Shown here piece by piece: positions 9,621-18,520 of a stretch of 64,000 nt of DNA (position 1 is its first letter; each line of letters opens with the position of its first letter). A program made the position numbers and the translations under genes. The notes beneath the pieces were generated by a model, which worked only from the letters and a program-made list of their open reading frames with translations, was not told the DNA's origin and did no database searches. The stretch covers positions 25,647 through 89,646 of the forward strand of contig JARRKO010000009.1 in the NCBI GenBank assembly GCA_037388025.1, given 5' to 3'. This stretch comes from Syntrophobacterales bacterium. Its GTDB lineage: Bacteria; Desulfobacterota; Desulfobaccia; Desulfobaccales; 0-14-0-80-60-11.

Positions 9621-10913
9621 TCACCGATACTCCGACCTTAGGCCGCGGGGCAACTCCGAGGATTGCAAGAAAACATTCGCAGCCCGACCGGTTTTGAAAT
9701 ACTCGGCCGCGATTCGAAGACTAGCCAGGCGTTCCAGGGGCGCGGGATGGTTGTGCAAAAATTCCGTAGTTTCAAAAGGATCGTGGCTGATGGCCCCCAG
9801 GCGCTCCCACACGGCCAGCCCCCGCTCGATGTCGTAACCCGCCTGGTAAGCGAACCACATACCGTAAAGATCGGCCTCCCGTTCGTCCTCCCGAGAAAAG
9901 GTGCTCACCACCGCGTCCCGCACTGAGGGGGGCGCCGACTCTTTGAGCCAATAAGTGGTCCCCAAATTCGACAATCTTCCTATGGTTTGGGTGGCAAAGA
10001 GCCCCACCAAACTCCAGACTTTGCCGGCCACGCCCCCTAAACGGCGGTGTCCGGCGCCCCTGACCAGATGACCGTGGACCTGATGCGCCAATTCATGGCC
10101 CACCACCAGGGCCAGTTCGTCCTCATTCAAACAAAAAGATACCAACCGGGAAGTAAGGATAATGCGGCCGGGAGCCGCAAAGGCATTAATTGACCGGTCA
10201 CTGGTATCCACCAGGATGGCGTATTCCGCGGGCAGGTGCTGAGGATAGAGTGTCACTGAAAACTTCTTCCCTTCCCTGTCGATGAGCAACTCCACCGGAC
10301 CCGACAGGTACCGCCCCCGCGCTTCCATCATCACATGACGGACGTCCAGCATTAAGGCCACCAGAATCTCTCCCGGCAAGGCCAGGAGATTGAAACTCTC
10401 GGTGTAGTACCGCACGGTATAGCTGCTGCGCCGATGCCCCCAGAACAGGTCCCGGGAGAATTCCCGAACCACCCGAATTTTGCGATCCCATTCGGCCACC
10501 CAGGGATGAATAGGCCAGTTGTTCACGCCGATGATCAGGTCCCCCTGCCGGAGGCCGACATCATAGGCCGTAGAGGGCCGCCAGACATTGTCGATGACAA
10601 TCCGGTCGCTTTCGGTAATCCACCAGTTGAACCCCAAAAAGGGATAGGTCTGGCCCTGGGATTGGGGCACCGTGGCCAAGAGGCGGATGAAAACCTGAGA
10701 AGCCCGGGACAAAGAGCCGGTTTTATAAGGGTGCCGGCGGCTGGCGGTGAGTTGGGCCTCTTCCACCTCCGCCACGGTGGGGTTGGGGCGCGTGATTTTG
10801 GCGCACCCCGCTCCCCAGAGCAGGGCCAGCCCCAGCACGAGCGCCACCCCCTGCCTTAAAAGACGTAGCGCAGGGAGAGGCCCATTACAAAGATGTGATA
10901 GTCGTCCACCCAT
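9621..10913 (-). CDS. M48-family zinc metalloprotease lipoprotein with PDZ-like segment
   Basis: HELAHQVHGH (HExxH) with a downstream E (READLYG), lipobox LLWGAGC, and the PDZ-like GDLIIGVNNWPI. Start is uncertain; ATG 10913 overlaps the upstream gene by 57 nt. Confidence 0.7.
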   Translation of the reverse strand: MGGRLSHLCNGPLPALRLLRQGVALVLGLALLWGAGCAKITRPNPTVAEVEEAQLTASRRHPYKTGSLSRASQVFIRLLATVPQSQGQTYPFLGFNWWITESDRIVIDNVWRPSTAYDVGLRQGDLIIGVNNWPIHPWVAEWDRKIRVVREFSRDLFWGHRRSSYTVRYYTESFNLLALPGEILVALMLDVRHVMMEARGRYLSGPVELLIDREGKKFSVTLYPQHLPAEYAILVDTSDRSINAFAAPGRIILTSRLVSFCLNEDELALVVGHELAHQVHGHLVRGAGHRRLGGVAGKVWSLVGLFATQTIGRLSNLGTTYWLKESAPPSVRDAVVSTFSREDEREADLYGMWFAYQAGYDIERGLAVWERLGAISHDPFETTEFLHNHPAPLERLASLRIAAEYFKTGRAANVFLQSSELPRGLRSEYR

Positions 10914-13900
10914 TCTCGGAAATAGAACACATGCGGATAAATGAAAAAGTTTTTCACCGGCTCCATTTCTAAAGCTGCCATGCCGTGAAATCCCGGCCCC
11001 CAATCACCGTGTTGGTTAACCCCCTGGATCGAGGCCTGGAGAATTATGCTGGGGAGCCGGTAGACCTGACGGTAAAAATCCAGAGTCAGACCGATGGCCT
11101 GATAGGTTTTCGGGCTGAAATAGCTGGCATGTTCCTGGTTGTATTTGGTCAAGTAATAATGAGGCGTCAGACCCAACTGCATACGGGACGTCTTGATGGG
11201 CAGCCAGGTCAAACCCTGATACATGGCAAAGCGGGTGTTGTCATCCGTGAACACAGCCCCGGACACAGTTCCTTGCCAGGTCAGATTGGGGTTGAAGTGA
11301 TGGGTAAAGTTGAATTCCAGCTGGTTCAGCATGATCAACGGTACGTCCCCCAAATTGTTAATTGACTGATACAAACGGGGGAAAAGTGCCGGGTCCACAT
11401 CGTAAAGATCCCGGCGGGCAAAGCGCAAACTGGCATCGGTTTTGAGCCCCAGCGGAAAATCCAAACGGAGGCTGCCCAGCAGGCGGTCATGGTTTTCCTG
11501 TTGCGTGGTTTTAATGATCAGAAATTCGTCAATCAGATGTGGGGGCGGCGGAAACTGATACCATTTGGCTCCCTTCTGGACAATTTCCCGGTCCACCCGC
11601 TTCCAATAACGACGGAAGATAAGTTCACCGCTCAGTTTAAGGCGGTCAGCCAGATGCAGGGGGCCCACGCCCACAGAAACATCGGCCAAACGGACCCGGC
11701 TGCGGTTGGTGGTCACCTGCCCGTCTACCCGATCTAGTTGAGTATTTACCGGACCTTGCTCTTGAGACTTGCTTATCTGGCGGTACCCCCGGTACTCCAC
11801 CGCCAGCTGCATGGGCACGACCTTGGCCACCCAAAAACCCGCCGTGGCCCTCAGGAACCAGCCATAGAGGTGATTGCTGTCCCGAAACCACATGGTTTCC
11901 GGTTGGATCACCGGAATCGCTCCGGGGCTGGGCAACCCCCCATAGACCTCCCGGTCAGGGCGGGAGAATTGCCACGGCCGCATACTTTCTTCGGCGCGAG
12001 ATGCTCCGTGGGCATAGGCAAAGGCCCGGGAGGCCAGTTCGGGCCGCTGGCGTTGCCGCACGTCCTCGAGTTCGTTCAACAGTTCCACGTTTTGGGGGTC
12101 ATCCTGCAGGGCCCGGGCAAAAGCCAGCGTCGCGCCCCCCAGGTTGCCGGTGGCCCGGGCCCGGCGCGCCTCGGCCACCCGGGCCTGCTGTGAGTCGGGG
12201 GAGGTTTTCATAATCTCGGCATAGCAGGCGACGGCCCGCCGGTCGCCCATGCCCTCCAGGATGCGAGCTTTTTCCATGAGAATCTGCTCCCGGGGCAGGG
12301 TACCGGCCAGACCCTCCAACGTCCTCAGGGCTTCCGGGTAGCTTTTCTGGAGACGGCAGGCCTGGACCAGGAGAAGCTGCACCTGGGGGTAATCCGCATG
12401 CTCAGGGGGCACCTTGGCCGCCGCAGCCTTGACCCCTTCATACTGTCCCCTAAGCAAGTAAAGGCGGGCTATTTCCAGGGCGCGGTCCGTGGTGATGGGT
12501 TTGTTGTTGAGGGTGGACAGGACCTTGCCCCAGTCCTTCTGGACCATCTGGCATTGGACCAACAGACTGGCCAAGTGCTGGTCCTGGGGCCATATACTAT
12601 GGGCTCGGCGGTAGTATCTCTCCGCGGCCTTCCGGTCGCCCAACTCCATGGCCAGGTCGGCCAGGGCCAGCATCTCCCCGGGGCTGTCGGGCCAGCGGCG
12701 GCGGTATTGCTTGAGCACGTGGAGAAGATAGTCCAGCCTACCGCCGTGGCGCCCCAGCTTTGAGTTGAAAAAAGCTATGGCGGCCACGTATTCCGGGCTG
12801 TCCACCTTGATGCCGGGAATGCGATAAATCAGCCGGGATAGATCCTGGTAGCGGGACAACTGCGGCAGTAGGTACGAGAGGATCAGCAGGCTGGCATGGT
12901 GGCGCCGATTTTCCCACAGGTTGTCCACCATGAGATCCGTGGCCAACCGGCAAGCCTCCGGGTCCGCCACGTGGCACAAGGCTCGGGCCACCCAGGTGCG
13001 CTCTTCCAGGCTCAGCCGGTCCCGGTCCCATTTGGGGGGGCGCTGCTGGCGGGCCTCCTGCCAGCTCCGGGGCCGCGCCTGGTTTCCCGGAAAACCCAAA
13101 CAGTACAGGCGCAGGGCCCAGTGGGAGGCTTCCTGCCAGTCTTTCCGGGCCAGAGCTGCCTGGATGAAGGCCACCAGCACGGCCCGGCCTTCGGGTTGAT
13201 CCAGGCGGGCGCCGTTCTCCCCTGCCTTCAGACGCCGCAGGATTTCCTCGGCCTCCGTGGCGCGACCCAGGTAGATCAAGACCCGGGCTTTTTCGATGAG
13301 GGCCTCCTGATCACGTGGATCAAGTTTCAGAAAGCGTTCGTATCGATCCAGGGCCCCTTCCAGGTCCCCGGACCACAACAGCAGGCGGGCTTGCTCCTTA
13401 ATGAGCTGCGGCTCCTGGGGCACGGGGCACTCCTGCAGTTCCTGTTTGGCCTCCTCCCAGCGCTTGGCCTTCAAAAGCAAAGTTATGCGACGCAGCCGCA
13501 AACCCACGTCATTGGTACGTTTGGTTAAATCTCCGTAGGCCTCCAGGGCTTCACCCTGGGCCTTGGGCTGGAAGGCCAGGGCCTCGGCCAAAAGCTGCCG
13601 CGTCGTCACGTCATCAGGGTTATTTTCCAGGTAGCGCCGGAAGTAATGGGCCGCCTGACCCCAGTGCTTTTGGTAAAAATGCATCTGGCCCAGAAACAGC
13701 AGCAAGCGGGGATACTTGGGATTGTCCCGCTCCACCGGCTTCAGAATGGCTATGGCGTCCGCGAAGCGCCGCCCATAGGAATAGGTGAGCGCCGCTTCCC
13801 AGCGCAAGTCCCCTTTGATGAGCTGGCGCCGTTTGGCCTCTTCCCACATGGCCGCCGCCTTGGAAAACTGACGTTGGCGGGCATACAGCCGAGCCAGATT

Positions 13901-14932
13901 GATGATGGTTTCCTGGTGGGAGTCTCCTTTTTCCCAGGCATTTTTATACACCTGGCGAGCCTTATCCATCTTGCCGGTCAGGAGGAGTTCCAGCGCGTAC
14001 CAGCGCACCGTGTCCGGGGCCGGCTGGTCAGCCATCAGGGGGGCCAGCGCCGCCGCGGCTTCCGCGTGGTTGCCCTTCTGCGACCAGAGGCGGGCCAGTG
14101 GCAGGGCGTGCTCCTTTTTGCCGTTGGAGTGGGAGTAAAGCCACAGGTAATGCTTCAGGGCCTCGTCCGGGTCTTGAGCCGCCTCCGCGGCTTGAGCCGC
14201 TTCCTGGCGGTAGGTGGCGTTTTCAGCCGCCTGCTCCAGGAGGCGTTGATAAACCAGGGTGGAAGCCTCGTAGTCCCGGCTCCAGTAGTGCAGGAGAGCC
14301 AACTGATGCAGGGCCTCAGGCTGGTCGGGATTTTGGGCCGCCACCTCCTCCTGAAGCGGAATGGCCTCCCTATAGCGCTGGGACGCAGTCAACAGCGCCA
14401 CCAGGGTGCGGCGCACCTCAGGGGTCGGCTGGACGCGGTAATGTTGCTGGTAATACTTTAGGGCCAGGTCCTTATCCTTATCCTGCTGGCCGGCTAACTG
14501 AGCCGCAAAGAGCAGAACTTCCGCATCTTGGGGATTATCTTTCAGGTAATCTCCCAGAAGTTTTAAAGCCTGCGGCCTCTTGTCCGTCTTATTCAGGATC
14601 TGGGCCAGTCCTTTAAGAGCCCCGGTGGCCTTGGAATCCTTCTCCCAAACCTGACCCAGGATTTCCCCGGCCGGCTCGAGTTGTCTTTGCTTCAGGTAAA
14701 GCCATCCCAGAAAGGTGCCGCAATCGGACAGGTCGGGTTGACGTTGCCACGCTTTGGTCGCCAGCTCTAGGGCCGTTTTGAGGTCTCCCTGTTGTTCCGC
14801 TTCCTGGGCCCGGCAAAACAAGGCTTCGGAACTCCAATAAAAGTAGGGGTCGTGGAACCAGACGTAAACCAAAATCACCCCGAAAAAAGCTACGGACAGG
14901 AGAACGGCCAGCCAGCGGAGCCTAAAAGCCAT
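10856..14932 (-). CDS. TPR-repeat protein with C-terminal outer-membrane beta-barrel-like domain (BcsC/PgaA/PelB-type export scaffold-porin)
   Basis: 1358 aa. N-terminal TM/signal anchor and about 900 aa of TPR-like helical repeats. The last ~400 aa have alternating-pattern strands ending in ...GLSLRYVF, a C-terminal aromatic typical of OMPs. Immediately downstream of a processive GT2. Confidence 0.7.
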   Translation of the reverse strand: MAFRLRWLAVLLSVAFFGVILVYVWFHDPYFYWSSEALFCRAQEAEQQGDLKTALELATKAWQRQPDLSDCGTFLGWLYLKQRQLEPAGEILGQVWEKDSKATGALKGLAQILNKTDKRPQALKLLGDYLKDNPQDAEVLLFAAQLAGQQDKDKDLALKYYQQHYRVQPTPEVRRTLVALLTASQRYREAIPLQEEVAAQNPDQPEALHQLALLHYWSRDYEASTLVYQRLLEQAAENATYRQEAAQAAEAAQDPDEALKHYLWLYSHSNGKKEHALPLARLWSQKGNHAEAAAALAPLMADQPAPDTVRWYALELLLTGKMDKARQVYKNAWEKGDSHQETIINLARLYARQRQFSKAAAMWEEAKRRQLIKGDLRWEAALTYSYGRRFADAIAILKPVERDNPKYPRLLLFLGQMHFYQKHWGQAAHYFRRYLENNPDDVTTRQLLAEALAFQPKAQGEALEAYGDLTKRTNDVGLRLRRITLLLKAKRWEEAKQELQECPVPQEPQLIKEQARLLLWSGDLEGALDRYERFLKLDPRDQEALIEKARVLIYLGRATEAEEILRRLKAGENGARLDQPEGRAVLVAFIQAALARKDWQEASHWALRLYCLGFPGNQARPRSWQEARQQRPPKWDRDRLSLEERTWVARALCHVADPEACRLATDLMVDNLWENRRHHASLLILSYLLPQLSRYQDLSRLIYRIPGIKVDSPEYVAAIAFFNSKLGRHGGRLDYLLHVLKQYRRRWPDSPGEMLALADLAMELGDRKAAERYYRRAHSIWPQDQHLASLLVQCQMVQKDWGKVLSTLNNKPITTDRALEIARLYLLRGQYEGVKAAAAKVPPEHADYPQVQLLLVQACRLQKSYPEALRTLEGLAGTLPREQILMEKARILEGMGDRRAVACYAEIMKTSPDSQQARVAEARRARATGNLGGATLAFARALQDDPQNVELLNELEDVRQRQRPELASRAFAYAHGASRAEESMRPWQFSRPDREVYGGLPSPGAIPVIQPETMWFRDSNHLYGWFLRATAGFWVAKVVPMQLAVEYRGYRQISKSQEQGPVNTQLDRVDGQVTTNRSRVRLADVSVGVGPLHLADRLKLSGELIFRRYWKRVDREIVQKGAKWYQFPPPPHLIDEFLIIKTTQQENHDRLLGSLRLDFPLGLKTDASLRFARRDLYDVDPALFPRLYQSINNLGDVPLIMLNQLEFNFTHHFNPNLTWQGTVSGAVFTDDNTRFAMYQGLTWLPIKTSRMQLGLTPHYYLTKYNQEHASYFSPKTYQAIGLTLDFYRQVYRLPSIILQASIQGVNQHGDWGPGFHGMAALEMEPVKNFFIYPHVFYFREWVDDYHIFVMGLSLRYVF

Positions 14933-15290
14933 AAACCTGCCTCGGGTCCATGGCCGGCTGCCACTGGGGTTTTTTCAGACCGGCCAGCACCAGGTCCACC
15001 AATACCCAGAAAATAAAGGCGGAGAAGAAACCGTTCAGCACAATGAGATGAGGCGGGGCCCAGCCCAGTTGCAAGGAAAGCAGGGGCAAAATGAGGTGTA
15101 GGGCCACGATGCTCAGTTGAGGCATCAGCAGCAAATAACCGCTGGCCGCGCTAAAGGGGTTCCGGTTATTGACCCGATAGGCCGGTTTGCGGCCCGGAGG
15201 ATAGACCAGGGCCGCCAAGATGGCGGCGGCGTAAACCGGTGAGAGTCCGCAGAGGATCTTGAATTGTTTCAGGGCGTCCAGTACAGCTCC
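14922..15290 (-). CDS. C-terminal transmembrane portion of the GT2 synthase, in a different frame (apparent frameshift)
   Basis: It encodes three hydrophobic helices (LSPVYAAAILAALVY, YLLLMPQLSIVALHLILPLLSL, LIVLNGFFSAFIFWVLVDLVLAGL). There is no ATG/GTG/TTG near where it leaves the synthase frame. Its stop overlaps the next gene's ATG by 11 nt. Confidence 0.5.
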   Translation of the reverse strand, partial: GAVLDALKQFKILCGLSPVYAAAILAALVYPPGRKPAYRVNNRNPFSAASGYLLLMPQLSIVALHLILPLLSLQLGWAPPHLIVLNGFFSAFIFWVLVDLVLAGLKKPQWQPAMDPRQVYGF

Positions 15291-16432
15291 TGGTCCTGAA
15301 AACAGGAATACCCTTCCCAGTAGCCCAACAGGGGTAGAAAATAGAAGGCCGGGAAGATCAGGCCGCTGATGAGGTAATTCACCATGATGAGCAGGAAATG
15401 GAGACGTTGCTCCCAGGAAAGGCCCCGTTTCCCAAGGGGGTTGTCCCAGAAAAACAGCCGCATGGTGTCCAGACACCATTGAAATCGCTGGCGATAAACT
15501 CCGGCCAGATTCAAGGGAGCCAGCCCCCGAGACAGGGCATAGGGGAAATAAATGCCCTTCCAACCATGGCTCAAGAGCTCATAGGAAGTGGTGCTATCCT
15601 CCAAAATGTTCCAGGTGGCAAAACCGCCGATTTCCTCCAAAGCCGCCCGGCGATACAGCACCCCTGAGCCGCAGGAAATCACCGCGTTGGCCCGGTCGTT
15701 GTTGGGCTGGACCACCTCGTAAAAAATTTCATCCCGGTTAAAAAAGGGGTCGCCTTCAGGGAGATGAAAAGACTGTTTGGATTGGACGTAGGCGACGTGG
15801 GGCAAGCGGAAAAAGCCCACCAGCCGCGTGAGGATGTCGGGCGCCGGCACCTGGTCGGCGTCCAGAACCAAAATAAGCTCTCCCTGGCTCAAGCCCAGGC
15901 CGAAGTTGAGATTGCCGCTTTTGGCGTCCCGGCGGGGAGCCCCCGCGGCCACCCGGGAATGATAATGAAAGCCCAGGGTCTGGGCCATGGCGGCCACCTG
16001 GGCCGAACCATAATCATCCAATACATACACCTGGACGGGCTGGTAGATGATCTGGCTCACCGCCCTCAGGGTGGTGTGGATGACCTCCAGAGGCTCGCCG
16101 CAGTAAGTGACCAAAATATCCACTGGCGGGTGGGATTCGAGCTCCAGGCCCTCAGGACGATGATAGCGGGGGGTGCCCAGATCCCAGGCCAGGAAGACCA
16201 GCATGACATAAGCTAGGGTTTCGGCGCCAAAAAAGAGAATGCTCTGGTCATTGGGGGCGCGCCACATCAGGCGGCCCAGCCAGTAAAGATAGAGGGCGCC
16301 CAACAAGAGAGTCAGCCAGGAGAGAGATTGGGCCGCCAAGCGCCGGGGCCGGTCTTCCAGGTCGCGGTAGCGCCGATAGGGAAGGCGGCGGCGGCAATCG
16401 GCCCAAAAGGTGGTAAAAATATTCAGGCCCAT
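15269..16432 (-). CDS. Processive family-2 glycosyltransferase (cellulose synthase/PgaC-like polysaccharide synthase), catalytic part
   Basis: N-terminal TMs, then motifs LDDYGS, VLDADQVP (DxD), CGSGVLYRR and QRFQW (QxxRW). Start set to ATG 16432 with AGGAGGGG 8 nt upstream. Confidence 0.8.
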   Translation of the reverse strand: MGLNIFTTFWADCRRRLPYRRYRDLEDRPRRLAAQSLSWLTLLLGALYLYWLGRLMWRAPNDQSILFFGAETLAYVMLVFLAWDLGTPRYHRPEGLELESHPPVDILVTYCGEPLEVIHTTLRAVSQIIYQPVQVYVLDDYGSAQVAAMAQTLGFHYHSRVAAGAPRRDAKSGNLNFGLGLSQGELILVLDADQVPAPDILTRLVGFFRLPHVAYVQSKQSFHLPEGDPFFNRDEIFYEVVQPNNDRANAVISCGSGVLYRRAALEEIGGFATWNILEDSTTSYELLSHGWKGIYFPYALSRGLAPLNLAGVYRQRFQWCLDTMRLFFWDNPLGKRGLSWEQRLHFLLIMVNYLISGLIFPAFYFLPLLGYWEGYSCFQDQELYWTP

Positions 16433-16791
16433 CCTACCATCCCCTCCTGGGAGTTCACGGGCCGGAAAAGTCGGTTGGCCGAAACCGAACGAGACATGAC
16501 CTTTCCCTTCATGGAATGTGGCCAAATACCAACAGGGCTACCAGACTTGAGCAAGGAGTAAGGTTATACCTGATTACTAAGTAAGTTTTTAACCATTGAT
16601 ATACAGGGTTTTTTCTTAAGGAATACTATTTAGTTGTCCAAAAATATCTTTTTGTCAACAAAAAAATTGCAAAATAATTTTTTAACTAGGTACCCTGAGA
16701 CAAACGTCTTGTTTTCCGGCAATTTGAGTGTGGCCTACCGTTACCTCTGGATAACTGGTTGAGTTTGTTCGGACTCCGTCCCTTTTCTCCC

Positions 16792-16819
16792 TTGACAGCC
16801 CCGACGGAATTACTAAAAT
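16792..16819 (+). promoter_or_regulatory. Sigma-70-type promoter for the riboswitch-tonB transcript
   Basis: TTGACA (16792-16797), 16-nt spacer, TAAAAT (16814-16819). The predicted TSS lies just before riboswitch stem P1. Confidence 0.5.
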
Positions 16820-16827
16820 AAAATTGT

Positions 16828-16987
16828 TTACAGGTGCTGCAAGCTTAATAGGGAAGCCGGTGCGAAGCCGGCACGGTCCCGCCGCTGTAACCGGGGACGA
16901 ACCCTGCCACAAGCCACTCTCACCAGCGGTTTTGGGGGGAAGGCGCAGGGCGTAGAAGGATCCGGGAGTCAGAAGACCTGCCTGTAA
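16828..16987 (+). promoter_or_regulatory. Cobalamin (B12) riboswitch aptamer
   Basis: P1 is ttacagg (16828-16834) / cctgtaa (16981-16987). Conserved core: aatagggaagccggtgcgaagccggcacggtcccgccgctgtaa, gccactc...gggaaggcg, and the B12 box gagtcagaagacctgcc. Confidence 0.85.
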
Positions 16988-17066
16988 GCCGGCCTAAACC
17001 CGCGCGGTCCGGGGTGTCGGCCCCCGGGGTCTTAAGCCCCGGAGCAGGGATGAAGAAGACGGGTGC

Positions 17067-17103
17067 AATCCCTGGGCGATTTGAGCCCAGGGATTTTTTA
17101 TTG
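17067..17103 (+). terminator. Intrinsic terminator (riboswitch expression platform)
   Basis: Perfect 10-bp stem aatccctggg (17067-17076) / cccagggatt (17086-17095) followed by a T-run. It lies 8 nt before the tonB ATG. Confidence 0.7.
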
Positions 17104-17110
17104 TGGAAAC

Positions 17111-17992
17111 ATGAGCCTACTGCCATCAGCCACTGAGCGGGGCCTTTTTTCCGGGAGCCTGCTCATTTCTCTAGGGCTGCACCTGGTCCTGGCGACTCTG
17201 GTGCTGTTCGGGGGCGGTTTGTCGAAGCCCGGGCCGCCGCCGGTCTTGACCGTGAGCCTGGTGGCTCCTGGGTCCGCCCTGCCCGGCCCCGGAGGCTTTC
17301 CGGCCCTGGCTGGAGCCCCGGGGGCCCAAGCCAAGTCCCCGGGCGCGCCTTCGGCCGCGGTCCACCCGGCCCCCCCGCCCCCCAAGATTAAGAAGAAGCC
17401 GAAAAAGCGTCAGGCCAAGCCCATCCCCCGGCCCCGGCCGCAAAGGGCCTTGCCTGAAATTCCGGCCCGACCGACGCCGCCGCCGGTGGTTCAGGCCCCT
17501 ACGCCTCCGAAGCCCGCGGCCCTGCACCCAGCCATCCCCCCTACGCCTGCGGCTGCTACCGCAGGTTCGTCCCGGGCCGGGTCGGGTGGGACCGCGGGTA
17601 CGGGCCGGGCCAGGGTCGGCTCCGGCGCGCCCAGCAGCGCGGTCCTGGGCTATGGTCAGGGCGGCAAAGGCGGCGGCAGTCCGGCCACCGCCCAGCGCCA
17701 CTACTTGAAGCTCATCCGGGCTCGCATCCTGGCCCAGCGGAAATATCCCTATATGGCGCGCCAGCGCCACCAGGAAGGGGTGGTGCGCCTGCGCTTCACG
17801 CTGTGTCCGGCGGGGACCCTGTCCCAGAGCGTGGAGGTGGTCAAGCCGTCCGGCTTCGACCTGCTGGATAAACAAGCCCGGCAATGTGTCCTGGCCGCCG
17901 CGCCCTTCCCCCCCTTCCCCCTTGACCTCAAGCGGGAGCGCCTCATCATAGACCTGCCCATCATCTACAAAATATCCGAATTGGAAAGGTAA
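17111..17992 (+). CDS. tonB: TonB-family energy transducer
   Basis: N-terminal TM anchor (LLISLGLHLVLATLVLF), a long Pro/Lys-rich spacer, and a TonB C-terminal domain (YPYMARQRHQEGVVRLRFTL...VKPSGFDLLDKQARQCV). Start is ATG 17111, downstream of the terminator. Confidence 0.8.
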   Translation: MSLLPSATERGLFSGSLLISLGLHLVLATLVLFGGGLSKPGPPPVLTVSLVAPGSALPGPGGFPALAGAPGAQAKSPGAPSAAVHPAPPPPKIKKKPKKRQAKPIPRPRPQRALPEIPARPTPPPVVQAPTPPKPAALHPAIPPTPAAATAGSSRAGSGGTAGTGRARVGSGAPSSAVLGYGQGGKGGGSPATAQRHYLKLIRARILAQRKYPYMARQRHQEGVVRLRFTLCPAGTLSQSVEVVKPSGFDLLDKQARQCVLAAAPFPPFPLDLKRERLIIDLPIIYKISELER

Positions 17993-18349
17993 CCTGGAGC
18001 TCGGAACGGCTGTTCCAGCCCAGCTTTTCTCAACGATCTGTCAAATTCCCATATCATGGTTGTCATGAGGCCTGCTGGTGCTTGATTGTGAAAGTCAGCG
18101 TCCGATGATTAACAGGGTCCTTCCGAAGTAGGAGTGACTAAAGTCCCCCTTTGAAAAAGGGGGATTTCAAGAGATTATTCCAAATCCACCCCAACCCCAA
18201 AGCTGGCTTAGGTCATAATCCCTGGTTTTTCAGGTGCCAGGTATACGTGAACTTTAAGGATCTTCCGTAGATGGGCCTGCCACCATGAATCTCAAGACAA
18301 AAAAATCTTTTCCTTTTCAAATAGATTTTTTCGTTTAAGGGAAAGCTTT

Positions 18350-18500
18350 GGTGGCACAGGTGTCCTCACCTGTGCATCTGGAATTTTTGGAACCGGGGAA
18401 TGAGGGATTGCCGTTATAGGGCGTGCCGTGCACGCCAGGTGGCGTGGGGGATAGGGTTTGGGAGAGGGGGCAGGGGTTTGCGACCCCTGGTCCCCCCTCC
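18350..18500. repeat. REP-like hairpin modules
   Basis: ggtggcacaggtgtcctcacctgtgc (18350-18375), ttatagggcgtgccgtgcacgccaggtggcg (18414-18444) and gggcaggggtttgcgacccctg. Near-identical modules occur at 40067-40092 and 40161-40209. Confidence 0.7.
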
Positions 18501-18520
18501 CAAAATCTTTCGGTAATAAC

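Noticed and set aside
16570-16581. Shared ctgattactaag motif (also 55778-55796) as a common operator
   Set aside because: Only a 12-mer is shared between two sites, in AT-richer spacers. It is too short to separate from chance or repeat debris without genome-wide counts.
17171-17884. 237-aa minus-strand ORF antisense to tonB (Arg/Gly/Pro-rich)
   Set aside because: This is the mirror of the Pro-rich TonB spacer in GC-rich DNA. It has no motif or RBS, and the plus strand has a clear TonB C-terminal domain.
18350-18375. TGGCAC hexamers at 18353, 35299 and 40070 as further sigma-54 promoters
   Set aside because: They are part of the ggtggcacagg..cctgtgc repeat family and lack TTGC at the N5 spacing.
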